From Candidatus Latescibacterota bacterium (lineage in GTDB: Bacteria; Latescibacterota; UBA2968; UBA8231), in assembly GCA_965208105.1 (NCBI GenBank), contig OZ242318.1, positions 2,880,001 to 2,944,000 of the forward strand: DNA of 64,000 bases. Reading direction: 5' to 3'. Below the pieces are notes generated by a model. It saw nothing but the letters and a program-made list of their open reading frames with translations, did not search any database and had not been told where the DNA came from. Position 1 is the first letter of the stretch, and each line of letters starts with the position of its first letter. The position numbers and the translations under genes are program-made. This document shows, one piece after another, positions 11,205 through 20,428 of this stretch.

Positions 11205-11525
11205 CTATTCGGACTTGAACATGCCGAATGCGAAAGCTTCCGGCAGCTCATCGAATATGATGTTTCCCTTTTCGTCACTGGCGAGCAGCCGGGACATGTA
11301 GGTGCTCCACCGCTCCAGCACTTCCCCTTTTCTGCTCTCATTCCAGTCTTCTTCGGTAGGTGCAACCGCGTGCAGAAAGAGCCGGTCTTCCCAGCGGTAA
11401 ATTGCCATGCTCACGTTGTTGACCTCCATGGTCTCGGCCAGATCGGGCCAGAGGTTGTCATGGGCTTCCTTGTATTCATCGTAGCAACCTGGCCTTATCC
11501 GCATTGACATACCTATCGAAAACAT
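11205..11525 (-). CDS. L-rhamnose mutarotase family protein
   Basis: RIRPG.YDEYKEAH.NLWP, ERWSTYMS; about 106 aa from ATG 11525. Confidence 0.75.
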   Translation of the reverse strand: MFSIGMSMRIRPGCYDEYKEAHDNLWPDLAETMEVNNVSMAIYRWEDRLFLHAVAPTEEDWNESRKGEVLERWSTYMSRLLASDEKGNIIFDELPEAFAFGMFKSE

Positions 11526-11565
11526 GATGCCCCTCCTTTCGATTGTAGGGATTGGAGCCTGCGGA

Positions 11566-12531
11566 TCACTTTTTCTGAAGAGAATCCTCCAGCCCCATGA
11601 GCGCCGCGTAGAGAGCGCGAGTCCCGGCAAGGGGGACCGAAAGCCTTTCTGCCTCCTCGATCATGGGACCTACGCAGGCGCGGAACTCCGTAGGATGGCC
11701 TCGGAGTATATCCACCAGGGCGGAATGGGCGGTTTGGCCCTTGCCCAGAGGTGAGGCCAGCACGTCCTCGACCGCTTCCTCGACACTTCCCCGGCACCAG
11801 GTCTCAACGTGGTAGAGACTGAAGTCGATCAGGGGAATCCCCTTTGCCGCGGCCAGAGCGCTGAGCTCGCGAACTACATCCACCAGTTGGGCGGCGAGCA
11901 TCCTGTTGGTGACGATGCCCGCGTTGTACTGCCTCGAAAGAGTGGCGAGCAATCCAAGGGGTGTCCAACCAATCATTTTTGCCCAGGTAATGGGCAAGAT
12001 GGAGTCGGAGGCCTGCACCTTGAGCCCGGCTCGCCGCAAAAGAGCCGCGAACGATTCGACCCGCTCCGATCTCGAGCCATCAAGCTCACCCAGATAGTTT
12101 CCCCCGTCAAAGGTCCACTCGATAAGCCCGGGGGCCGTGCGCGTCGCGGAGATGACCGTCAGGGCTCCAACCACCTTTTCCCTTCCAAACGCAGCGCTCA
12201 GGATTTCGTCTTTGACAACTCCATTTTGCAACGAGGCGACAAAGTCGCGCACCCGCAGGTGCTGCGTAGCCCTCAGGGCCTCTTCGGTGTGCTGGGCTTT
12301 TGTCGCAATGATAAGGACATCGCATTCCCGCAATGCGCCGCCATGGTCGACCGCCTCGATCTCAACGGTGAATTCGCGAAGTCCTCTCATTTGGAGACCG
12401 CTTCTTCCCATGGCTTCCACATGGGCGCCGGGCCTGCCCACTACCGTGACCGCACATTCGCCTTTATGGGCAAGAAGGGCGGCAACGGTGCCGCCAACTC
12501 CACCGGGTCCGACAACGACGATCCTTTTCAC
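11566..12531 (-). CDS. Ketopantoate reductase (PanE/ApbA) family protein
   Basis: VVVGPGGVGG Rossmann motif, ATKA, SLQNG, WAK; GTG start overlaps rluD stop (GTGA) with GAGGAG RBS. Confidence 0.82.
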   Translation of the reverse strand: MKRIVVVGPGGVGGTVAALLAHKGECAVTVVGRPGAHVEAMGRSGLQMRGLREFTVEIEAVDHGGALRECDVLIIATKAQHTEEALRATQHLRVRDFVASLQNGVVKDEILSAAFGREKVVGALTVISATRTAPGLIEWTFDGGNYLGELDGSRSERVESFAALLRRAGLKVQASDSILPITWAKMIGWTPLGLLATLSRQYNAGIVTNRMLAAQLVDVVRELSALAAAKGIPLIDFSLYHVETWCRGSVEEAVEDVLASPLGKGQTAHSALVDILRGHPTEFRACVGPMIEEAERLSVPLAGTRALYAALMGLEDSLQKK

Positions 12532-13607
12532 GGTGCTCCTCGATCCCCCGTCCTGCTGCGGAATGATCGGCCTTTTTCCCAAGGGACATGGTGGTTCCTC
12601 TTGCCCGCCCGCCCTGCTCCAACCTGCCCGCTCGGGAGCTCGCCTGATTCGGGACGTTGACGCAGCGCCTCGAGAAGGCGGGAAAAGTCCGCAGGCAACT
12701 CAGCCGTAAATTCCATCGGCACACTGCTGCGAGGATGCTCGAACCGCAAGGTCCGGGCGTGCAGCGCCTGCCTGTGGATCATCTCCTGCAATTCTTTTGC
12801 CCGGCGGCGAAACTCCCCTTTTATCCCGCGAATTCTGTTTACTCCTCCATAGAGAGGGTCGCCAAAGACGGGATGGCCTTCGTGCTGCAAGTGCACGCGG
12901 ATCTGGTGGGTCCTCCCCGTCTCCAGACGCAGATCCAGCAGGCACAAAAATGCATATCGCTCCACCACCTCGAAGTGGGTCACGGCGGCGCGCCCTTCCT
13001 CGACTACCGCCATCTTCTTCCGGTCCCGGGGGTTCCGCCCGATCGCCGCATCGATCCGTCCCCGGTCCTGGCGCGGATGCCCCCAGGCCAAGGCCGCGTA
13101 GCACCGCTCGACCGAACGGCTCTCGAGTTGGGCGGCCAGACCGCGGTGGGCCCCGTCGTTTTTTGCTACCACCATCAAGCCGGTGGTGTCTTTATCAAGG
13201 CGATGTACGATCCCGGGACGCAACAACCCATTTATGCCCGACAAGTCGCTGCAATGGTACAACAATGCGTTCACCAGTGTGCCTTCCCACGAACCGGGAG
13301 CTGGATGCACCGCCATGCCGGCACCTTTGTCCAGCACCAGCAAATCGTCATCCTGGTAGAGAATGTCGATCGGAATGTTCTCGGGTTCCACCGAAAGCCG
13401 TTGCGGCGGCGGAGGGTCCAGCCGGATTCTGTCACCCGCGCTAACCGGGTAGCTGGGCCGCGTCTTCGCGTCGTTTACCAGGACATGGCCGTCCTTGATG
13501 AGCACCTGAATCCGCCGACGCGAAAAGAGGGGGCAGCTTCTGCTCAGAAACAGATCCAGCCGCTGCCCTTCTTCGTGGAAGGAGACATCGAACCACATAC
13601 TGTGCAC
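12528..13607 (-). CDS. rluD: 23S rRNA pseudouridine synthase RluD
   Basis: S4 domain, GMAVHP, GIVHRLDKDTTG, LETGRTHQIRVH, QALHA; start approximate. Confidence 0.92.
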   Translation of the reverse strand: MHSMWFDVSFHEEGQRLDLFLSRSCPLFSRRRIQVLIKDGHVLVNDAKTRPSYPVSAGDRIRLDPPPPQRLSVEPENIPIDILYQDDDLLVLDKGAGMAVHPAPGSWEGTLVNALLYHCSDLSGINGLLRPGIVHRLDKDTTGLMVVAKNDGAHRGLAAQLESRSVERCYAALAWGHPRQDRGRIDAAIGRNPRDRKKMAVVEEGRAAVTHFEVVERYAFLCLLDLRLETGRTHQIRVHLQHEGHPVFGDPLYGGVNRIRGIKGEFRRRAKELQEMIHRQALHARTLRFEHPRSSVPMEFTAELPADFSRLLEALRQRPESGELPSGQVGAGRAGKRNHHVPWEKGRSFRSRTGDRGAP

Positions 13608-13614
13608 AAAGTGC

Positions 13615-14115
13615 TCACCCCTCCAGCACCTGGTCGCCAGGACGTTTCCGGCCGGGGCTGGTTTTATCTTTTTCTCTTTGCACCAGGTAGCCGGTCGCCA
13701 GTAGGAATATCCCCGCGGTGACGAATGAGTCCGCCACATTGAATACCGGCCAGCGCAAAGCTCCGAAACCAAAGTCGAAGAAGTCGACCACCGCCCCCAG
13801 GTACAGTCGGTCGACAATATTCCCCAGCGCACCCCCCACGACCATGCTCAATCCCAAACGCAGACACCGGCTTTCCCGGGGAGTAGTAAAAAAAAGCCAT
13901 CCTACGAAAAGCAGGGCAGCGATGGAGATCAGTGTATGCAGAAGGGAACTGCCCAGATCGAGGCCGAATGCCGCTCCCGGGTTGTGGATGTAGGTCAGCC
14001 GGAAATAATCTCCCAGCACCGGAATCGATTCCCGCCTGACCATCGTTTGCTGAACAACAATCTTGGAGCTTTGATCAAAGACCAGAATTACCGGGACCGC
14101 CCAGAGTACCTTCAC
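13615..14115 (-). CDS. lspA: Lipoprotein signal peptidase II
   Basis: DQSSK, NPGAAFG, GGALGNIVDR, VVDF, FNVADS; GTG start overlaps upstream TAG. Confidence 0.92.
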   Translation of the reverse strand: MKVLWAVPVILVFDQSSKIVVQQTMVRRESIPVLGDYFRLTYIHNPGAAFGLDLGSSLLHTLISIAALLFVGWLFFTTPRESRCLRLGLSMVVGGALGNIVDRLYLGAVVDFFDFGFGALRWPVFNVADSFVTAGIFLLATGYLVQREKDKTSPGRKRPGDQVLEG

Positions 14116-14489
14116 TACGCCCCGGTTGCCTGTCTGGACTTGCAATCGATGCACTGAGTCGCCGTGGGAACGGCCTCCAGGCGCGCGCGCCCAACCTGGC
14201 CGCCGCAAACCCGGCATATGCCGAAAGTTCCGTTCTCGATGCGCTCGATCGCCTCGTTGAGGAGTTCCAGATAGTCGCCTTCGCGCTGGGCAAAAAGCAG
14301 GGACTTTTCCCGCTCCATGGCATCGGTACCTCGATCGGCCATGTGCAAGGAATAGGCGGAACGATCTTCCGTAGATTCCCGCCCCGCTTCATCGCGCGCG
14401 ACACGCTCGATTTCCTCCAGCCCGGCAGCAGCCTGGCTGCGCTTTTCCAGGATCAGGTTTCTGAAGAATTTCAGCTCTTCTTTGGTCAT
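14115..14489 (-). CDS. DksA/TraR C4 zinc-finger protein
   Basis: HMADRGTD coiled-coil tip, GICRVC...RLEAVP...CIDCK. Confidence 0.9.
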   Translation of the reverse strand: MTKEELKFFRNLILEKRSQAAAGLEEIERVARDEAGRESTEDRSAYSLHMADRGTDAMEREKSLLFAQREGDYLELLNEAIERIENGTFGICRVCGGQVGRARLEAVPTATQCIDCKSRQATGA

Positions 14490-14563
14490 TCCAGGTTCTC
14501 CGATTATGGAATTTCAACCCCTTTCGATCATCCCCGGGTGGTCGAGGGGATAACCCTGCAAAC

Positions 14564-17500
14564 TTAAATCCGGGCAATACCAATTTTACAAAAGTGCCCG
14601 TTGACCTGCCACTCCTGCGCAAAAAGAGAATCTTCGGTCAATTCTCCAAATTGCAAAGTTAGTGCCAAAGTCTCAGCCGCTACATAATCCTTGTGCCGGT
14701 GCACTGCCCGCTCCAGTTCAACTTCGCCCTGGATCCTCAAGCGAATGCGGTCCGCCACCTCCAAACCGGCCTCCTTGCGCATGGTCTGCACCCGGCTCAC
14801 CAGCTCGCGCGCCGCGCATTCGGCGATCAACTCATCGTTCAGTTGGACATTCAGTCCTACTCCCAGATTATCGTCGAAGGCCACGACCAAGCCATCCTTC
14901 TCCTGACGCAAAACCTCAACATCGTCGAGGTGGATCTCACCACCTCCCATTTCTATCCCCTCTCCAGCCCTCAGGCGCAGGACCTCCTGCGGCTCCAATT
15001 TCTGAATGCGGGCTGTCACTTCCTTCATTCGATTGCCGAACCGTGGTCCGAGAACCCGAAAATTGGGCCGATAGGTGATGTGGCTGAATTCGGTTTCGTC
15101 TTCGACCAGTACGACCTCTTTGATATTGAGCTCGTCGGAGATCAACCCGACCATTTCCTTCAAACTCCTGCGGCTGCCTTCGTCCGGAGGCAGCAGATAG
15201 AGATGTTGGAGAGGCTGCCGTGTCTTGAGCTTGTGCTTATTGCGCAACGAGCGTCCCAGCACAACGGCTCTGATTGCCAGATTCATCTGTTCTTCGAGCG
15301 CCGTACTGCACCGCGACTCGTCAGCCTGGGGCATGTCGCACAAGTGTACGCTTTCCGGAACATCCGCCGCGCGGGAGCGAACCAGGTCCTGATAGATGGC
15401 CTCGGTTATAAATGGCAGGACCGGGGCCAGGCCTTTGACGAGATTCACCAGGACCTGATAGAGAGTGGAATAGGCCGACGCCTTGTCGGAATCGTCTTCG
15501 GATTTCCAGAAACGCCGCCGGCTGCGCCTGATGTACCAGTTGGTCAGCTTCTGGGTAAATGACACCATGGCCGGCACTGTCTTGTAAAGGCGGTATGATT
15601 CCATTTCGGTGTTGATTTCCCGGATCAGGCTTTGAAGCTCGGAAACGATCCACCGGTCCAGCTGATGGTCGGATTCAGCGTCCGCCCATCCCTGGGGTTC
15701 CCACCCGTCGATGTTGGCGTAGGTGACAAAGAAGCTGTAGGAATTCCAAAGAGGGATGATCACGGACCGCAGACTTTCTTTAATCCCTTTCTCGGTCAGG
15801 CGCATTTCCTCTGCCTTGAGCACCGCCGAATTCAGCAGGTAAAGCCTGAGTGCGTCCGCCCCGTAGAGGTCCATCATCTCCGTCGGTTCCGGATAGTTCT
15901 TGAGCCGTTTGCTCATCTTGCGGCCATCCTCGGCCAGGAGCATGCCGGAGACGATGCAGTTTTTAAACGCCGGTTTGTCGAAGAGAGCCGCCCCCAGGAT
16001 GGTGAGGGTATAGAACCAACCGCGCGTCATGTCCAGTCCCTCGGAGATGAAATCGGCCGGGAAGTTGCGCTCGAAGTGGTCCCTGTTTTCAAAGGGGTAG
16101 TGGCTTTGAGCGTAAGGCATGGAACCTGACTCGAACCAGCAATCGAGAACCTCGGGAATGCGCCTGAGTGTGCCCGACCCGTTCGAAGAGGGGATCTCGA
16201 TTGCGTCGATGATGTGTTTGTGCAAATCTCCAACAGGATGCTTGCACAGCTCCTCCAGTTCAGCGCGGCTCCCGATGCAGACAGTCTCGCCACTCTCTTC
16301 GTTTCGCCAGATGGGCAAGGGCGTGCCCCAATACCGGTTACGGCTTATTGCCCAATCGCGTGCGCCTTCAAGCCACATGCCGAATCGCCCATCCTTGATA
16401 TGCTCGGGAATCCACCAGATTTCCTGGTTGGCTGCCAGCATCCGCTCCTTGATCTTTTCGACCTTGACAAACCAGGTGGAGACCGCCCTGTAGATGAGCG
16501 GTGAATCGCAGCGCCAGCAAAAGGGATAGCTGTGGACAATGGAACTTTTGGAGAAGAGATGTCCGCCGGCGCGCAGCGCGTCTACGATTTGCGGGTCTGT
16601 GTCCTTGACGAACTCGCCCTGGTAGTCGCCGACTTCCACGGTGAAACGACAATCCTCATCAATTGGACAGGGAGCGGGCAATCCCTCTCTTTTGCCCAAA
16701 TGGTAGTCATCCTCTCCGAATCCTGGAGCAATATGCACGATGCCACTGCCGTCTTCAGTGGATACGAAATCGGCTGCCACCACCCGGAAGGCACCGTGCT
16801 CGCGCTGGGCCGCAAAGTAGTCAAACAGGGGCTCATAAGTGAGCCCCAGCAAAGCCTCGGCGGGCTGGTCTTCGACCTGGGTGATCTCCTCCTGGTGCTC
16901 GCTGAAAACCTGCTCCCGAAGCGCCCCGGCAACAATGAGCTGTTCGCCGCTGCGCATGGTCACCCGTACATATGGAATTTCCCGACCTATGGCCAAACCC
17001 GTATTCGAGGGCAATGTCCACGGGGTAGTAGTCCATGCGAGCAGGGATGTATTTTTCTCTTCTCGAACCTTGAAGCGCACCGTAATGGAGGGGTCCCGGG
17101 TTTCTCTATACCCCTGGTTCACCTCGAAATTCGACAGCGGCGTAGCGCAGCGCGGGCAATAAGCCAGGGATTTGTACCCCTCGTAGATCAGCCCCTGGTC
17201 CCATAGCGATCTGAACACCCACCACACCGACTCCATGAACTCCGTATCCATGGTGCGGTACTGGTTGGACCAGTCGACCCAGCGACCGACGCGCTGGATG
17301 ACCTCCTTCCACTCACCGGTATATCTCAGCACAAGATTTCGGCAATACTCGTTGAACTCGGCTACGCCGTAGTCGAGAACGTCAGTCCGGGACTTGAGAC
17401 CGAGTTGCTGCTCGGCCTCGTTTTCGACCGGCAGACCGTGACAATCCCAGCCGAACCGGCGTCCGACCCTGAAGCCTCGCATGGTCCAGTAGCGCGGCAC

Positions 17501-17731
17501 CACGTCTTTGATGATCGAAGCCAGAAGATGCCCGTAGTGGGGCAAACCACTGGCAAACGGCGGCCCGTCGAAAAAGATAAAGGCCTTGGATGCAGGCCGG
17601 CCCGCCACCGACTTTTCGAATATCCTCTCTTCCTCCCACAGCTTGAGGATATTCTTTTCCAGCTCGGGAAAGTCGACCTTGCTCGAAACCCCGGCAGAGT
17701 CAGGCCGGGGAGATTTCTCAGCGAATTCCAT
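14564..17731 (-). CDS. ileS: Isoleucyl-tRNA synthetase, type 2 (IleRS2)
   Basis: DGPPFASGLPHYGH, GWDCHGLP, WTTTPWTL, ISRNRYWG, KMSKRLKNY; type-2 C-terminus without Zn finger. Confidence 0.96.
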   Translation of the reverse strand: MEFAEKSPRPDSAGVSSKVDFPELEKNILKLWEEERIFEKSVAGRPASKAFIFFDGPPFASGLPHYGHLLASIIKDVVPRYWTMRGFRVGRRFGWDCHGLPVENEAEQQLGLKSRTDVLDYGVAEFNEYCRNLVLRYTGEWKEVIQRVGRWVDWSNQYRTMDTEFMESVWWVFRSLWDQGLIYEGYKSLAYCPRCATPLSNFEVNQGYRETRDPSITVRFKVREEKNTSLLAWTTTPWTLPSNTGLAIGREIPYVRVTMRSGEQLIVAGALREQVFSEHQEEITQVEDQPAEALLGLTYEPLFDYFAAQREHGAFRVVAADFVSTEDGSGIVHIAPGFGEDDYHLGKREGLPAPCPIDEDCRFTVEVGDYQGEFVKDTDPQIVDALRAGGHLFSKSSIVHSYPFCWRCDSPLIYRAVSTWFVKVEKIKERMLAANQEIWWIPEHIKDGRFGMWLEGARDWAISRNRYWGTPLPIWRNEESGETVCIGSRAELEELCKHPVGDLHKHIIDAIEIPSSNGSGTLRRIPEVLDCWFESGSMPYAQSHYPFENRDHFERNFPADFISEGLDMTRGWFYTLTILGAALFDKPAFKNCIVSGMLLAEDGRKMSKRLKNYPEPTEMMDLYGADALRLYLLNSAVLKAEEMRLTEKGIKESLRSVIIPLWNSYSFFVTYANIDGWEPQGWADAESDHQLDRWIVSELQSLIREINTEMESYRLYKTVPAMVSFTQKLTNWYIRRSRRRFWKSEDDSDKASAYSTLYQVLVNLVKGLAPVLPFITEAIYQDLVRSRAADVPESVHLCDMPQADESRCSTALEEQMNLAIRAVVLGRSLRNKHKLKTRQPLQHLYLLPPDEGSRRSLKEMVGLISDELNIKEVVLVEDETEFSHITYRPNFRVLGPRFGNRMKEVTARIQKLEPQEVLRLRAGEGIEMGGGEIHLDDVEVLRQEKDGLVVAFDDNLGVGLNVQLNDELIAECAARELVSRVQTMRKEAGLEVADRIRLRIQGEVELERAVHRHKDYVAAETLALTLQFGELTEDSLFAQEWQVNGHFCKIGIARI

Positions 17732-17742
17732 GAGTTCCAGGA

Positions 17743-18048
17743 TCAGAGGCGAAAGTTGGAGAGAAACAAAATGACCACTTGTATTACAATGATTAGAATC
17801 AGCGGGGTGAAGTCCAGGCCGGTTCTGTAAAGGAAGTTAGGTACGAAGCGGCGCATTGACTCGATTGCCGGATCCGTCACCGCCCGGAGGAATTGGACGA
17901 TAGGGTTGTAGGGATCGGGATTTATCCACGAAATCAGTACCCGGATGATGACGACCCATTTGTAGATCTCCAACAAGGAGGTGATTATTCCTATCACTCC
18001 TGACGTAAAATTACTATAGTCAAACACTTCGCTGGCTGCTCCCACCAA
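17743..18048 (-). CDS. yggT: YggT family membrane protein
   Basis: VLISWINPDPYNPIVQFL..VTDP, LDFTPLI. Confidence 0.88.
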   Translation of the reverse strand: MVGAASEVFDYSNFTSGVIGIITSLLEIYKWVVIIRVLISWINPDPYNPIVQFLRAVTDPAIESMRRFVPNFLYRTGLDFTPLILIIVIQVVILFLSNFRL

Positions 18049-18741
18049 TTAGCCCGGCCGCCGGCCAAAGAGGGCCGACCCCAGGCGCACCATATTTGAA
18101 CCCTCGGTTATGGCCAACTCGAAGTCTCCACTCATGCCCATGGACAGGTATTTCAACTCCACCCCTTCGATGCGGGCAGCGACGAGGCGGTCGCGCAACT
18201 CCCTGAGCAGGGAAAAACAGGAGCGCACAACCTCGGCGTCAGCACTCAGGGCTCCTATGGTCATGAGTCCTCGAATCCGCAGGTTGGGCAACTCGGCGAG
18301 CTTTCGGGCCAAGGCCTGAAGACACTGCGGTGCCACGCCTGATTTCCTCTCTTCGCCGGAGGTGTTGACCTGCACCAGAATGTCCAGGACGCGACAGACC
18401 TTCCCCGCCTGTGCATCAAGGGCCGCAGCCACGCGCAGACTGTCCACCGATTGCACCAGATCGAATAGAGCCACGGCCTTCCTTGCCTTGTTGGTCTGCA
18501 AATGGCCTACGAGATGCCACCGGGCAGGAGTATCCACTTCGGCCTTCTTTGCCTCGGCCTCCTGGACCCGGTTCTCGCCTATTGTGCCGATCCCACAACC
18601 CAGAGCGGCCTCGACCTCTGCGGCAGTGCGGCCCTTCGTGACGGCGACCACGGCAATTTCTCCCGCGTCACGACCGGATCGGAAAGCGGACTTCGCGATG
18701 CGCTCTCGTACTTTTTCCCAGTTCTTTCGAATATCTTCCAT
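18049..18741 (-). CDS. yggS: PLP homeostasis protein YggS/PlpHP
   Basis: VAVTK, GENRVQE, HLVGHLQTNK, GLMTI, LSMGMSGDF, VRLGSALFG. Confidence 0.93.
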   Translation of the reverse strand: MEDIRKNWEKVRERIAKSAFRSGRDAGEIAVVAVTKGRTAAEVEAALGCGIGTIGENRVQEAEAKKAEVDTPARWHLVGHLQTNKARKAVALFDLVQSVDSLRVAAALDAQAGKVCRVLDILVQVNTSGEERKSGVAPQCLQALARKLAELPNLRIRGLMTIGALSADAEVVRSCFSLLRELRDRLVAARIEGVELKYLSMGMSGDFELAITEGSNMVRLGSALFGRRPG

Positions 18742-18816
18742 AAAATTTTGGAAAGAAACTTTGAATATACCCTCTCGATCAACAATACACAATTGCGCAA
18801 ACCCCTCTTGCCGAGG

Positions 18817-20133
18817 TCATTGCCCGGGTACTCCCTCGACCTCGCCTGAGGCTTCGGATTGAGCAGGAAGTTGCATCAGACGCAAGATCACCAGCGCGAG
18901 GGTTGAAAAAACCAGAATGTGCAGCAGCAAATCCACCAAAACCACCTGGAAGAAGAGCCTGGCCCAGGGTTCTGGAATTGCTTCCACCAGGCTCCTCCCA
19001 CGAGGACTCACAATCAACTCGAAGAGGAGGGCGCCTTTTGCACAAAGGACCCAGCCGTCGTGCTTTCCCATATTCAATGGCGCGAGAAACCTGGATTCCA
19101 TGGTCAGCATTCCCAGGCCGCGAACCGCGAGGGGAGCGAGGACCAGAACCAGGATGACCTGAAAGATTCCGCCGGCCAACGGCCATAACATCGACAGGTC
19201 AATAGTAGCTCCAAGCAGGGGGAAGAATACCATGAAAGCCAGGGGACCCATCGGGCCAATAATACTGCGCACACTTCTGGTTCGAGGCTCATGGTAGCTC
19301 AGAGTGAGGCCTGCGCCCAGACCGAGTGGAAGGGAGTAAAGCCCGATAAAACCCACGGCCAGGGCAGCCAGGACAAGACTGCCCCAGAAACCGGCAAGCA
19401 AGGTGGAGGTTTTGGCGGAGAAAAGCCCCAGGCGCCGAAGGATTTCCATGCCCGATGCCCCGGCCAGAAGCGCCAGCCAGATCCTTGCCGCTGCATGCGG
19501 CGCTTCCACGGGAAGAACTCCCTGCAAGTGCAATGCGAGCAAAACGACGCTCATGATTCCCAGGCTGAAACCTGAGCCAACAAGGCTCAGAAGCCGAGCA
19601 CTTTTATGCGAGGACAGGGCCGAAACGACCACGGGCCCCCACAGACTCGCTATAGACCCCAGAAGGAGAGCCATCCAGGCAGGCAGTTGACCAAGGGCCA
19701 TGGCGCCGCCGGCTGCAAGCGCGAAGGTGGCCAGTGTCGAAAGGCCGACGAAGGCGGAAACGGGCAAGCTCGTTGCCCGCGCCCAGGACAGGCCGGTCCC
19801 CACCTGGAATCCCACCCAAACGGTGGCGAGAGAGAAGAGGAATTCAACGGGGACCTGCTCTTCAGGCCGGACTATCCGGAGTCCGCTCATTCCCATGATC
19901 AGGCCTGCGGCCATCAACCCAACCAGTTGCGGAAGGCGAAAGTAGGCAGCGACCTGATGGCACACGAAGCTCATAATGGCCAAGGCTCCCAGTGCCCACA
20001 AGGAATCAAATGGGCTGTCCATACCTTGCTGAGGGCCCAGGGTGCCGAGGGTAAGGACAATGCCGCAGACCACCAGGTATTTCAAAGACAGCTCCGATCT
20101 ATACAGGTCCCCGGACTCTGGGGACCTCTTCAA
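18817..20133 (-). CDS. Multi-pass membrane protein, cation:proton antiporter-like
   Basis: About 12 hydrophobic segments; LPQLVGLMAAGLIMG and FMVFFPLLGA resemble CPA-type exchangers. Confidence 0.55.
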   Translation of the reverse strand: MKRSPESGDLYRSELSLKYLVVCGIVLTLGTLGPQQGMDSPFDSLWALGALAIMSFVCHQVAAYFRLPQLVGLMAAGLIMGMSGLRIVRPEEQVPVEFLFSLATVWVGFQVGTGLSWARATSLPVSAFVGLSTLATFALAAGGAMALGQLPAWMALLLGSIASLWGPVVVSALSSHKSARLLSLVGSGFSLGIMSVVLLALHLQGVLPVEAPHAAARIWLALLAGASGMEILRRLGLFSAKTSTLLAGFWGSLVLAALAVGFIGLYSLPLGLGAGLTLSYHEPRTRSVRSIIGPMGPLAFMVFFPLLGATIDLSMLWPLAGGIFQVILVLVLAPLAVRGLGMLTMESRFLAPLNMGKHDGWVLCAKGALLFELIVSPRGRSLVEAIPEPWARLFFQVVLVDLLLHILVFSTLALVILRLMQLPAQSEASGEVEGVPGQ

Positions 20134-20153
20134 CCAGTGGATGACTCCGCACA

Positions 20154-20315
20154 GTGTCCCGTCGCAGAGATAGGTTGACGCAATTGGGCCGCCGAGGCGC
20201 CAGGCTCACAAGGCGCCTGAGCGAGTCGTACCAGTGGTGTACGGCGAGTGAAGGCAACGCCGTGAGCCGGGATGGATCGGTGAAATAATGGCGACATATT
20301 TCTGCGACGGGACAC
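20154..20315. repeat. MITE-like repeat, copy 1 (162 bp)
   Basis: Terminal IR GTGTCCCGTCGCAGA(G/A)ATA ... TATTTCTGCGACGGGACAC; near-identical to 26454-26615 and 44967-45128; CA on both flanks. Confidence 0.9.
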
Positions 20316-20335
20316 CAGATCCTTCACGACGGGAA

Positions 20336-20379
20336 TCAAAAAATACCCTGCCGGCCTTCCCCTGCAGGGGAAGGCCGGC
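20336..20379 (-). terminator. Terminator downstream of secDF
   Basis: 30-bp perfect palindrome GCCGGCCTTCCCCTGCAGGGGAAGGCCGGC (20350-20379) followed on - strand by a short T-run. Confidence 0.6.
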
Positions 20380-20428
20380 GCAGGATTCGGACAGTGCCCC
20401 TCACTGTGAAGTCAATAGGTGCCAGGAG

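Noticed and set aside
20350-20379. 30-bp perfect palindrome as a mobile or REP element
   Set aside because: Only one copy was noticed, and its position after secDF with a T-run fits a terminator.
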